Positions 45,929-54,766 of a stretch of DNA of 64,000 nucleotides are shown piece by piece. Within the stretch, counting starts at the first letter, position 1. Every line of letters begins with the position of its first letter. This DNA is from Clostridia bacterium. GTDB taxonomy: Bacteria; Bacillota; Clostridia; UBA1381; UBA9506. Position numbers and translations under genes: made by a program. The DNA lies in assembly GCA_017935435.1 (NCBI GenBank), contig JAGBHP010000006.1, positions 2,726-66,725 of the forward strand. The letters are read 5' to 3'. The notes below the pieces were generated by a model. It worked only from the letters and a program-made list of their open reading frames with translations. It had not been told where the DNA came from and ran no database searches.

Positions 45929-47315
45929 TATGTCACTTAAAAAAGTAGCAATTCCCGAACAGGAGCCAAATATCCGAAACAAAAATTTTAAAGAAGTAAG
46001 CCTTGGATATACCGAGGAAATGGCGATAGAAGAGGCTAACAGATGCCTTAGATGTAAGCATAAGCCTTGTATGGGCGGTTGCCCTGTTAACGTAAAGATT
46101 CCGGATTTTATCGCTTTGGTTGCTGAGGGAAAATTTTTGGATGCTTACAGAAAAATAAAGGAAACAAGCGCACTTCCTGCAGTATGCGGAAGGGTTTGTC
46201 CTCAGGAAAGTCAGTGCGAAAAACAATGCGTTAGAGGCGTTAAGGGCGAAAGCGTTGCAATTGGACGCCTGGAGCGTTTTTGTGCTGATTGGTATATGAA
46301 AAATGTTGAAGAAAAAATAGAAGTGCCGATGTCAAACGGTCATAAGGTTGCAGTTGTCGGCGGAGGCCCTGCAGGTCTTACGTGCGCAGGGGATTTGGCT
46401 AAAATGGGATATAAGGTTACCATTTTTGAAGCGTTTCATACTGCAGGCGGCGTTTTGATGTACGGAATTCCCGAATTTCGTCTGCCGAAGGATATCGTAA
46501 GAAAAGAAATTGACAATTTAAAAGCACTTGGTGTTGAAATTGAAACGAATATGGTTATCGGCAAGATTTTTTCAGTTGACGAGCTATTAGATAACGGCTT
46601 CGATGCAGTATTTATCGGCTCGGGCGCAGGTCTTCCAAGCTTTATGAAGATAGAGGGCGAAAATTTAAACGGCGTATACAGCGCAAATGAATTTTTAACC
46701 AGAATTAACCTTATGAAAGCATACGATTTCCCGAATAACGATACACCTATTTTTGTAGGCAAAAATGTTGCAGTTGTCGGCGGAGGAAATGTTGCTATGG
46801 ATGCGGCAAGATGTGCAAAACGCTTAGGTGCTGAAAATGTGTACATAGTTTACCGCCGCTCAGAAGAAGAAATGCCTGCGCGCTTAGAGGAAGTGCATCA
46901 CGCAAAGGAAGAGGGCATAATATTTAAAATGCTCACAAACCCAAACAAAATTTTAGGCACAGATGACGGTTGGGTGAGTGGTATGGAATGTATAAAAATG
47001 GAGCTTGGCGGTGCTGACGAAACCGGCAGACGCAGACCGGTTAGAATAAAGGGCTCTGAGTTCATTTTAGATGTCGAAACAGTTATCATTGCAATTGGTC
47101 AGTCGCCGAATCCTTTAATCAAGAACACCACAGAGGGTCTTAAAACTGAGCCTTGGGGCGGAATTGTTGCAGGAGCAAGCGGCGTTACCTCAAAACAGGG
47201 CGTTTTCGCAGGCGGCGATGCCGTAACGGGCGCTGCAACCGTAATACTTGCTATGGGCGCAGGTAAAAAAGCAGCAGAAGCAATTGATAAATATATAAAA
47301 GAGAATAAAATATAA
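45921..47315 (+). CDS. nfnB: NfnB-like / GltD-type NADPH-dependent oxidoreductase subunit
   Basis: N-terminal CxxC..C Fe-S motifs and two GGGPAG/GGGNVAMD dinucleotide folds. ATG 45921 chosen; the track start at 45786 lies inside nfnA. Confidence 0.75.
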   Translation: MPNMSLKKVAIPEQEPNIRNKNFKEVSLGYTEEMAIEEANRCLRCKHKPCMGGCPVNVKIPDFIALVAEGKFLDAYRKIKETSALPAVCGRVCPQESQCEKQCVRGVKGESVAIGRLERFCADWYMKNVEEKIEVPMSNGHKVAVVGGGPAGLTCAGDLAKMGYKVTIFEAFHTAGGVLMYGIPEFRLPKDIVRKEIDNLKALGVEIETNMVIGKIFSVDELLDNGFDAVFIGSGAGLPSFMKIEGENLNGVYSANEFLTRINLMKAYDFPNNDTPIFVGKNVAVVGGGNVAMDAARCAKRLGAENVYIVYRRSEEEMPARLEEVHHAKEEGIIFKMLTNPNKILGTDDGWVSGMECIKMELGGADETGRRRPVRIKGSEFILDVETVIIAIGQSPNPLIKNTTEGLKTEPWGGIVAGASGVTSKQGVFAGGDAVTGAATVILAMGAGKKAAEAIDKYIKENKI

Positions 47316-47316
47316 A

Positions 47317-47883
47317 ATGATTAAAGAAATCAATTTAAAAGAAAAAACTATTAAATATGATTTTCAGCAAAAAAACGTTAAAAATATCAATCTTCGTATA
47401 AAATACGACGGCACGATTTGTGTTTCGGCAAACAGAAGAGTCACGCAAAGAGATATTGACGTTTTTTTGCGTTCTAAAGAGGATTTTATTTTAAAAGCTC
47501 TCAAAAAGTGTGCCGAAAAAAACAACGAGCCTTGTTGTGAGTATTTTAGACAGGATGAAATCAGGGATGTTATTTTAAAACTTTGCGAAAAGGTATATCC
47601 GTACTTTAAAGAGCGAAGCGTAAAATTTCCAATGATTAAATTCAGAAGAATGGTTTCGCAATGGGGCAACTGTCATTACCAAAAAGGCGTTCTAACCTTT
47701 AATTTAAACCTTATGTATGCGCCGAAAGAGTGCGTTGAATACGTTGTTGTGCATGAATTTACGCATTTTTTGCATCCCAACCATTCAAAAAGGTTTTACG
47801 ATGAAATGGCGAAAATATTGCCTGATTGGAAATGCCGCAGACAAAAACTAAAGGAAATATCTTTAAGAGGTTTAGCTGATTGA
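47317..47883 (+). CDS. YgjP-like metallopeptidase (DUF45/M48 superfamily)
   Basis: HEFTHFLHPNHS HExxH motif near the C-terminus. Confidence 0.75.
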   Translation: MIKEINLKEKTIKYDFQQKNVKNINLRIKYDGTICVSANRRVTQRDIDVFLRSKEDFILKALKKCAEKNNEPCCEYFRQDEIRDVILKLCEKVYPYFKERSVKFPMIKFRRMVSQWGNCHYQKGVLTFNLNLMYAPKECVEYVVVHEFTHFLHPNHSKRFYDEMAKILPDWKCRRQKLKEISLRGLAD

Positions 47884-47907
47884 AAAGATGTTAATATAAA
47901 ATATTAG

Positions 47908-47939
47908 CGGGGTGTCGATAAATGCGACACCCCGTTTTT
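47908..47939. terminator. bidirectional terminator between DUF45 and galK
   Basis: CGGGGTGTCG-loop-CGACACCCCG followed by TTTTT. Confidence 0.85.
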
Positions 47940-47948
47940 AGCTATACA

Positions 47949-49130
47949 TTACTTTATTTCGTGCCCCCCGTCAGCAATTTTTGACACATAAAAGGAGGCT
48001 TTATAACCAATTTTTTCTTCGTATTTTTCGCCTACGGTTTTAATAAATTCATCTACATTCTCATTTTTTACAAGCGAAACAGTACATCCGCCAAAGCCTG
48101 CGCCCGTCATACGTGAGCCGAGCACGCCGTCAATTTTTCTTGCCTCAAAAACTAAGGTATCAAGCTCAATCCCTGTTACTTCATAATCCTCTTTTAAGGA
48201 ATCGTGCGAGGCGTTCATTAGCTCGCCGAACTTTTTCATGTTGCTATTCTTTAGCGCATCCATAGAAGCTAAAACTCTGTCAATTTCAGTGATAACGTGC
48301 TTTGCACGGCGGTATACAACATCATTTTCAATTGTTTTCCCGTATTTTTCAAAATCGATTAGAGAAACATCTGCAAGGCAGGTGATTTCAGGAAGTGATT
48401 TTTTCAAAATAGAAACCGCCTCTTCGCACTCGCTTCTTCTTTCGTTATATTTAGAGGTAGCTAAGCTTCTTTTTTTGTTTGTGTTTGCAATGATAAGCGA
48501 AAAGCCGTCCATCGCAAGACGAGAGTAGTCATATTTAAGCGTATCACATTTTAGAAGTATAGCGCAGTCACGCTTGCCCATAGCAGAGGCAAACTGGTCC
48601 ATAATACCGCAGTTTAAGCCGATATAATTATTTTCTGCACGTTGACCGATAAGCGCCATTTTGACCATATCAACGGGAGCAGAAATACCATTTTTTTCAT
48701 TACTTAATGTCGCAAAAGCAAGGGCTGTTGCAACCTCGATTGCAGCAGAGGATGAAAGACCGCCGCCGTGAGGAAGAGTGTCATCATAGAGCATATCGCA
48801 GGCGCAAATACTAAACCCATCTTTTTTTAGCTCGCTCATTACACCTGCCTGATAATTTCCCCAACTTAAATCCTTGTAACTTTCAAGCTTTTCAAGGTCA
48901 ATTGTAACAAAATCGTCAAGGTCGGTTGCTTTCATATGAACGAGGTTATCATCTCGCAATCGCAGCGCAATTGTTGTGCCCATAGAAAGTGCCGCAGGGA
49001 ACACGAAACCTCCGTTATAGTCGGTATGTTCGCCGATTAAGTTAACACGGCCGGGGGCGTGGAAAAATCTTATTTCGCCGCCGTCGCCGTAAAGCTTTAT
49101 AAATTCATTTTTAAGTTTATCTAAAGTCAT
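47949..49130 (-). CDS. galK: galactokinase
   Basis: APGRVNLIGEHTDYNGG and GGGLSSSAA GHMP motifs. Confidence 0.96.
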   Translation of the reverse strand: MTLDKLKNEFIKLYGDGGEIRFFHAPGRVNLIGEHTDYNGGFVFPAALSMGTTIALRLRDDNLVHMKATDLDDFVTIDLEKLESYKDLSWGNYQAGVMSELKKDGFSICACDMLYDDTLPHGGGLSSSAAIEVATALAFATLSNEKNGISAPVDMVKMALIGQRAENNYIGLNCGIMDQFASAMGKRDCAILLKCDTLKYDYSRLAMDGFSLIIANTNKKRSLATSKYNERRSECEEAVSILKKSLPEITCLADVSLIDFEKYGKTIENDVVYRRAKHVITEIDRVLASMDALKNSNMKKFGELMNASHDSLKEDYEVTGIELDTLVFEARKIDGVLGSRMTGAGFGGCTVSLVKNENVDEFIKTVGEKYEEKIGYKASFYVSKIADGGHEIK

Positions 49131-49148
49131 GTTTATTTCCTTTCGGGT

Positions 49149-50123
49149 TTACTTTTGGTTCAGGAATTTTTCGTAAGCTATTCTTAATTCTTCTGCCTTT
49201 TCTTCGGGTGCTGTGGGGTTACAATGCGCCCATGCGCCTGTTTCGGAGGAAGCATTAAATTTTTGCTTGTCTGCGGCTCTCATTGGTGGGAAAAATTCGA
49301 TGTGGAAATGATAGTACTCGCTTGCGTCCTCGGAATTTACAGGGCTTTGATGCATACACATCATATAAGGGAAGGTGTAGCCGAAAAGATTGTCAAGCGC
49401 ACCTACTGTTTTCTTTAAAATATCAGCTAAGCTGTCCTTTTCTTTATCTGTCATTTCCTCTAAATTGCCAAAATGTCTTTTTGACATAATGTAAACGCCG
49501 TAAGGGTATTCCGAAAAGAATGGAAGAAACGTTACAAAATTGTCATTTTCAATAACTATGCGCTTTTTAAAAGCAATTTCGTTTTCAAGCATATCACAAA
49601 ACAGACATTTACCTGTTTTTTCTAAATGCTCCTTAGAAGACGAAAGCTCAAGCTCAAGCTTTTTCGGGATAAAAGAATATCCGTAAATCTGACCGTGCGG
49701 ATGTGGCATAGTAACACCGACAACTTCACCACGGTTTTCAAAAATGAATACATATTTAATATTTTCGTCTTTTTTAATCTCGCAAAAACGCTCGCTCCAT
49801 AAATCCACGATTTTTCTGATATGAGGTGTATCAAGCTCTGACATCGTTGTTGTGTGGTCAGGAGAGTAGAGAATTACCTCGCACTTGCCGTATGCCGGCT
49901 TAACTTTAAAGAAATCATTTTGAACATCGTCAGGCTCGGGCGGATTTTTAGAGAGTGCAGGAAAATCATTATCATATTTTAAAACAGTATATCCCTCATC
50001 GGGAACTTTGCCTGAACCAGGACAGAAAGGACACCAGTCCTTAGGCATCTGTGGTCTGTTCTGTCTGTGAGATGCAATCATTACCCAGTCTTTTGTAAGA
50101 GGGTTATAACGTAATTCAGCCAT
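49149..50123 (-). CDS. galT: galactose-1-phosphate uridylyltransferase (type 1)
   Basis: CPFCPG zinc site and HPHGQIY active-site HPH motif. Confidence 0.93.
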   Translation of the reverse strand: MAELRYNPLTKDWVMIASHRQNRPQMPKDWCPFCPGSGKVPDEGYTVLKYDNDFPALSKNPPEPDDVQNDFFKVKPAYGKCEVILYSPDHTTTMSELDTPHIRKIVDLWSERFCEIKKDENIKYVFIFENRGEVVGVTMPHPHGQIYGYSFIPKKLELELSSSKEHLEKTGKCLFCDMLENEIAFKKRIVIENDNFVTFLPFFSEYPYGVYIMSKRHFGNLEEMTDKEKDSLADILKKTVGALDNLFGYTFPYMMCMHQSPVNSEDASEYYHFHIEFFPPMRAADKQKFNASSETGAWAHCNPTAPEEKAEELRIAYEKFLNQK

Positions 50124-50144
50124 TTTGTTTTTCTCCTTTAGGTT

Positions 50145-50519
50145 TTATTCACATTCCGAGGTAAAAAATCCTTCCAAATCGAGTGCAAGCTCTTCGCCTG
50201 ATTCTTTAAATTTTAAAAGCTTACACACGTGGAATATATCTTTATTTCGCACATAAATTGTTTTTATGCCCTTTAAGTCTGCGTGAAATAAAAGAGAGCG
50301 TGCAAGAGATAAAAGCATCGTGATATTATCGTTTTCAGAATCCATTTTAAGGTCTGATAAGTATACCTTAGTGCCCCACAGGCTAAGTGCGCCTGCACCG
50401 ACAATATCTACGCCCTGAAAAACGCCCATAACAATATCTTCAGAGTGTGCAATTAAATTAAATTTTGCAATAACGGCAGTTGCCGCACTTTTATTATCTA
50501 TCTTTTTTATCTCAATCAT
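50145..50519 (-). CDS. hypothetical 124-aa protein (possibly a short GNAT-like fold)
   Basis: Tightly packed in the dacB-rluB-galTK transcription unit. I recognise no diagnostic motif. Confidence 0.4.
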   Translation of the reverse strand: MIEIKKIDNKSAATAVIAKFNLIAHSEDIVMGVFQGVDIVGAGALSLWGTKVYLSDLKMDSENDNITMLLSLARSLLFHADLKGIKTIYVRNKDIFHVCKLLKFKESGEELALDLEGFFTSECE

Positions 50520-50527
50520 ACATTCAC

Positions 50528-51253
50528 CTACTTTTTATTGTATCCTAAAAGAGTCAATTCGCTATCTGTTAAGTGCCTCCATTTACCACGCGGCAAATGT
50601 CCAAGCTTTACGCCGCCTATTGACGTTCTTGTAAGCTTTAGTACCTCGTGCCCAATCTCTTCGCACATACGTCTTACCTGTCTGTTTCTGCCCTCAGAAA
50701 TTGTTATGGTAAGTTCGGAGGTATTTTCTAAGGTTTTAGTAATCTGAACAAGAGCAGGGGAGGTTTTTTTGCCGTCTAAGAGAATACCCTGCCTGAGTTT
50801 TGCAATTTCGAGCGGGTCGGGATGCCCCATAACCACCGCTTTATAGGTTTTGTTAATCTGCTTTGATGGGTGAGTTACCTGTTGCATAAAATCGCCGTCG
50901 TTAGTTAAAAACAAAAGACCTTCACTGTCATAGTCAAGTCTTCCAACAGGGTAAAGCCGTTCGTTTAAGTCGCCAACGAGCTCTATAACCGTTCTTCTGT
51001 CAAATTGGTCGGAAACAGTTGTAACATAGCCTGACGGTTTATTCAGCGCAATATAGTATTTTTTATTTACAATTGAAATGGGCTTGCCGTCAACGAAAAC
51101 TTTTGCGTTGTCGGGGTCAACCTTTGTGCCAAGCTCGGTGACAACAGTTTTGCCGACCTTAACCTTGCCCTCTAAGATTAGCGCTTCTGCTGCACGTCTT
51201 GATGCTACTCCGCACATTGAAATGTATTTTTGCAGTCTTATTTTTTCTGCCAT
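50528..51253 (-). CDS. rluB: pseudouridine synthase, RsuA/RluB family with S4 domain
   Basis: RLQKYIS.CGVASRR S4 domain; GRLD.DSEGLL..TNDG catalytic motif. Confidence 0.9.
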   Translation of the reverse strand: MAEKIRLQKYISMCGVASRRAAEALILEGKVKVGKTVVTELGTKVDPDNAKVFVDGKPISIVNKKYYIALNKPSGYVTTVSDQFDRRTVIELVGDLNERLYPVGRLDYDSEGLLFLTNDGDFMQQVTHPSKQINKTYKAVVMGHPDPLEIAKLRQGILLDGKKTSPALVQITKTLENTSELTITISEGRNRQVRRMCEEIGHEVLKLTRTSIGGVKLGHLPRGKWRHLTDSELTLLGYNKK

Positions 51254-51256
51254 AAT

Positions 51257-52384
51257 TTATCCTCCAAAGGGTGTAATTAACTTGTATAAAATCTCCCAGA
51301 AGCTTGGTTTTGGGGGATTTATATACAAAATGTCATCTTGTGATGTAAGTTCAATTTGCTTTAAAACTTCGCCACTATAACTTATTGTAAGCGAGCCTAA
51401 ACAATCTTCTTTCGCTATGGGCGCACGAAGATTTTCGGGAATATTTATCTCTATTTTATAATCCGATAAATTTTCATTTTTTCCCGATAAAACATAATAA
51501 TTTTCTTTAGGAACTATCTCCGCCTGCTCTTTATCGCCGAAAGACACGGGAACAGTTTTTATAGGCACGTCTTTTTTAATTAAAGGTACGGCAGAATAAT
51601 TTGAAAAAGCGTAGTCGAGCATATTTTTGTGGTCATTCCAGTCATCAGGCGCTGAAAGCGTCACACAGATTACTCGCATATTGTCTTTTTCTGCCGCAGA
51701 AACCAGACATCTTCCTGTTTTTTTAGTGTATCCTGTTTTAACACCGATACAACCCGGGTACATTCTTAAAAGCTTGTTGTGATTTGTAAGATACCGCTCG
51801 GGAACAGTATTGCTTCCCGTGAGCTTACAGCTTTTTGTCTGTACAATTTTTGAAAAGTCGGGATTTTTAAGTGCAGCTCGTGTGATTTTTGCTAAATCGT
51901 AGGCGGTAGTATAATGCCCCTCGGCATCTAAACCGTTAGGATTTTTAAAGCTGGTATTATTTGCACCGATTTTTTTTGCGGCATCGTTCATAAGCTTACA
52001 AAAACCATCAACGCTTTTTGCCGTATGTTCTGCAATCGCCACGGCGGCGTCATTTCCCGAAGAAAGCATAAGACCATACAAAAGGTCATGCATCGGAAGC
52101 TTTTCACCTGATTTTAAGTACATACTTGAGCCCTCAACACCTGCGCTTTTTTCGCTTACAGTAACAATTTCATCAGGCGAGGTATTTAAAAGAGCAACAT
52201 AAGCGGTCATAATTTTGGTAGTGCTTGCCATAGAATGTGTTTTGTGGGCATTTTTTTCATATAAAATGCGCCCGCTTCCTGCATCAATTACACAGGCATA
52301 CGCAGCAGAAACGGATAAAGCGTCAGCCGCAGTTGGTACAAAAACTATAAGGCACAGAATAAAAAGAGAAACAAGACCTTTCAA
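51257..52384 (-). CDS. D-alanyl-D-alanine carboxypeptidase (serine type, PBP5/DacB-like)
   Basis: Signal peptide plus SMASTTK (SxxK), SSGN (SxN) and KTGYT (KTG) motifs. TTG start. Confidence 0.88.
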   Translation of the reverse strand: MKGLVSLFILCLIVFVPTAADALSVSAAYACVIDAGSGRILYEKNAHKTHSMASTTKIMTAYVALLNTSPDEIVTVSEKSAGVEGSSMYLKSGEKLPMHDLLYGLMLSSGNDAAVAIAEHTAKSVDGFCKLMNDAAKKIGANNTSFKNPNGLDAEGHYTTAYDLAKITRAALKNPDFSKIVQTKSCKLTGSNTVPERYLTNHNKLLRMYPGCIGVKTGYTKKTGRCLVSAAEKDNMRVICVTLSAPDDWNDHKNMLDYAFSNYSAVPLIKKDVPIKTVPVSFGDKEQAEIVPKENYYVLSGKNENLSDYKIEINIPENLRAPIAKEDCLGSLTISYSGEVLKQIELTSQDDILYINPPKPSFWEILYKLITPFGG

Positions 52385-52391
52385 AAAATCA

Positions 52392-52440
52392 CCGCCAAAA
52401 AATATATTTACTGTTATTATATGTTTTTGGCGGCTTTTTT
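52392..52440. other. 10-bp hairpin with flanking T/A runs between divergent dacB-like and hpf genes
   Basis: CCGCCAAAAA, 22-nt loop, TTTTTGGCGG, then CTTTTTT. On the minus strand it ends 8 nt before the dacB TTG start. Confidence 0.5.
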
Positions 52441-52639
52441 ATCATCATAATGATAAAATAAGTCTTTAAACCCTCTTATAATCGTGCATTTTCTGTTAAA
52501 AGTATAACATATATTGAAAAAAATGTAAATAAATTTTGTTAATTTAATTAAAAATGTTTAAAACGTAAAAAAGAGGGGTAAATATTAAACATAAAGTTTT
52601 TATAAAGCTTTAATTTACATATATCAAGGAGTGGTTTGT

Positions 52640-53179
52640 ATGAAAATAACAATCTCAGGAAAGCAAATTGAATTAACGGAGGGTTTAAAAAAGAGGATAG
52701 AAGACAGATTTGCAAAGCTTGATAGATATTTCCATAAGGACACAGAGGCATTTGTTACACTGAGTGTTCAGCGTGAACTCCAGAAGGTTGAGGCAAGCAT
52801 AGTTTCCGCAAACCTTACAATGAGAGTTGAAGAAGCAACGGACGATATGTACGTTTCAATAGATAATTCAGTTGATATTTTAGAGCGTCAGCTCAGAAAA
52901 CATAAAACGAAGATTGAAAAGAAGCTTAAAAAGGATGTTTTTGAAGCTGAAGCACTCGCAAATGCTAAGTTCGACGATGATGTTGAAGAGGAGAAGGAAT
53001 TTAAAATCGTTCGTACCAAAAAATTCTCCTTTAAGCCTATGAGCCCCGAAGAAGCAATTCTTCAGATGAATCTTTTAGGTCATCAGTTCTTTATATTTAA
53101 TAATGATAAAACTGAGGCTCCGAACGTTGTATATATTCGTAAAAACGGCGACTACGGCTTAATCGAACTCGAAAAATAA
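52640..53179 (+). CDS. hpf: ribosome hibernation promoting factor (long HPF)
   Basis: MKITISGKQIELTEGLK N-terminal domain plus C-terminal dimerisation domain (MSPEEAILQMNLLGHQFFIF). Confidence 0.93.
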   Translation: MKITISGKQIELTEGLKKRIEDRFAKLDRYFHKDTEAFVTLSVQRELQKVEASIVSANLTMRVEEATDDMYVSIDNSVDILERQLRKHKTKIEKKLKKDVFEAEALANAKFDDDVEEEKEFKIVRTKKFSFKPMSPEEAILQMNLLGHQFFIFNNDKTEAPNVVYIRKNGDYGLIELEK

Positions 53180-53197
53180 AACTAAAATAAAATCCAA

Positions 53198-53230
53198 AGG
53201 GCGCAGGAATTACCTGCGCTTCTTTTTTCT
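53198..53230 (+). terminator. terminator after hpf
   Basis: GCGCAGG-AATTA-CCTGCGC followed by TTCTTTTTT. Confidence 0.75.
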
Positions 53231-53264
53231 CTGCTTTTTTATTTAAAAATTAGCAAAAAAAGTA

Positions 53265-53293
53265 TTGACATAGCAAAATTAATGTGTTAAAAT
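53265..53293 (+). promoter_or_regulatory. promoter of the L7Ae-rpsL-rpsG-fusA-tuf operon
   Basis: TTGACA, 17-nt spacer, TAAAAT with TGt extended -10. Confidence 0.65.
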
Positions 53294-53371
53294 CAAATAG
53301 TATGTTTGATAGTATGAGTAATTATGGGTAATTACGACAAATTACATCAAACAGAGGAAAGGTACAGGAAA

Positions 53372-53614
53372 ATGCTTGAGGAATTAAAGGGTAAAAAAGT
53401 CTTGGTTGGTCTTAAACAATCGACTGAGGCGATACTTTCAAAAAAGGCAGAAAAAGCATATCTTGCAAGCGATACAGATAGCTTTATAAAAGATTCTTTT
53501 TTAGAGCTTTGCGCTGAAAACGATGTTGAGGTTATTTTTGCCGAAAGTAAAAAAATGCTTGGAAAAGCGTGCTCTATAAATGTTCCGGCTGCCTGTGCGG
53601 TCTTGCTTAAATAA
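53372..53614 (+). CDS. L7Ae/L30e-family ribosome-associated protein (YbxF-like)
   Basis: About 80 aa. GLKQS..A....KA..A.LASD motif. Canonical position before rpsL. Start at the internal ATG 53372. Confidence 0.8.
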   Translation: MLEELKGKKVLVGLKQSTEAILSKKAEKAYLASDTDSFIKDSFLELCAENDVEVIFAESKKMLGKACSINVPAACAVLLK

Positions 53615-53670
53615 GCTTATTATAATTTATTTATAATATAGAAGAATTTAAGAGAGGAGGAAATCATTAA

Positions 53671-54087
53671 ATGCCTACATTTAACCAGTTGGTAAGAAAA
53701 GGTAGAGAAGTTTCTGTTAAAAAGTCAACAGCTCCTGCACCTTTAAAGGGTCTTAACACTTTACAGAAGAAAACTACCGACACAAAGTCACCTCAGAAAA
53801 GAGGAGTTTGCACCACAGTTAAAACAATGACACCTAAAAAGCCTAACTCAGCTCTTCGTAAAGTTGCCAGAGTAAGACTTACAAACGGTATCGAAGTAAC
53901 AGCTTACATCCCCGGTATTGGTCACAATCTCCAGGAGCATAGCGTGGTACTCATCCGTGGCGGAAGAATAAAAGACCTTCCTGGTGTTAGATATCACATT
54001 ATCCGTGGTTCACTTGATACATCAGGTGTTGCAAACAGAAATCAGTCCAGAAGCAAATACGGTGCTAAGAGAGCTAAAAAGAAATAA
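53671..54087 (+). CDS. rpsL: 30S ribosomal protein S12
   Basis: PT.NQL.RKGR...[17 protein letters not shown]. Confidence 0.98.
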   Translation: MPTFNQLVRKGREVSVKKSTAPAPLKGLNTLQKKTTDTKSPQKRGVCTTVKTMTPKKPNSALRKVARVRLTNGIEVTAYIPGIGHNLQEHSVVLIRGGRIKDLPGVRYHIIRGSLDTSGVANRNQSRSKYGAKRAKKK

Positions 54088-54241
54088 TTAAGCTCTAAAA
54101 TCACAAATTGTGCTGTACTTTTAAACGAAAAACAGATTTTTATCTTTATATATATTATTTTTTGTTAGTACGGCGCGGCGATTTTTTTAAAATCGAGTAC
54201 CTGTGATTTCATTTTCAAAATTAATGAAGGAGGGAAGCAAA

Positions 54242-54712
54242 GTGCCAAGAAGAGGTTTTATTGCTAAAAGAGAAGTTTTAGCAGATCCTATGTATAACAG
54301 CACTGTTGTAACAAGACTTATCAACAACATCATGCTCGACGGCAAAAAGGGTGTTGCTCAGAAGATTGTTTACGGTGCATTTGAAATTGTTCAGGAAAAG
54401 ACCGGCAAAGAGCCGCTTGATGCTTTTAACGAAGCTATGAACAATATCATGCCTGTTTTAGAGGTTAAGGCAAGACGTGTAGGTGGTGCAACATACCAGG
54501 TTCCTATGGAGGTTCGCCCCGAAAGACGTCAAACACTCGGTCTTAGATGGCTCACACTTTACAGCCGTCAGAGAAACGAAAAGACAATGAAAGAGCGTTT
54601 AGCTGCTGAAATCATTGATGCTATTAACAACACAGGCTCTTCTGTAAAGAAGAAAGAAGATACTCATAAAATGGCTGAAGCTAACAGAGCTTTCGCACAT
54701 TACAGATGGTAA
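54242..54712 (+). CDS. rpsG: 30S ribosomal protein S7
   Basis: PRRG....R.VL.DP.Y.S; GTG start after AAGGAGGG. Confidence 0.96.
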   Translation: MPRRGFIAKREVLADPMYNSTVVTRLINNIMLDGKKGVAQKIVYGAFEIVQEKTGKEPLDAFNEAMNNIMPVLEVKARRVGGATYQVPMEVRPERRQTLGLRWLTLYSRQRNEKTMKERLAAEIIDAINNTGSSVKKKEDTHKMAEANRAFAHYRW

Positions 54713-54766
54713 AATCAGAGTTTTATGCAATTTCTGCATAGAATATAAAAGAAGGAGGAAAACCAG

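Noticed and set aside
52441-52639. raiA-motif RNA upstream of hpf
   Set aside because: The raiA motif is a GC-containing, multi-stem RNA of about 200 nt. The region upstream of hpf here is almost pure AT with no comparable stems.
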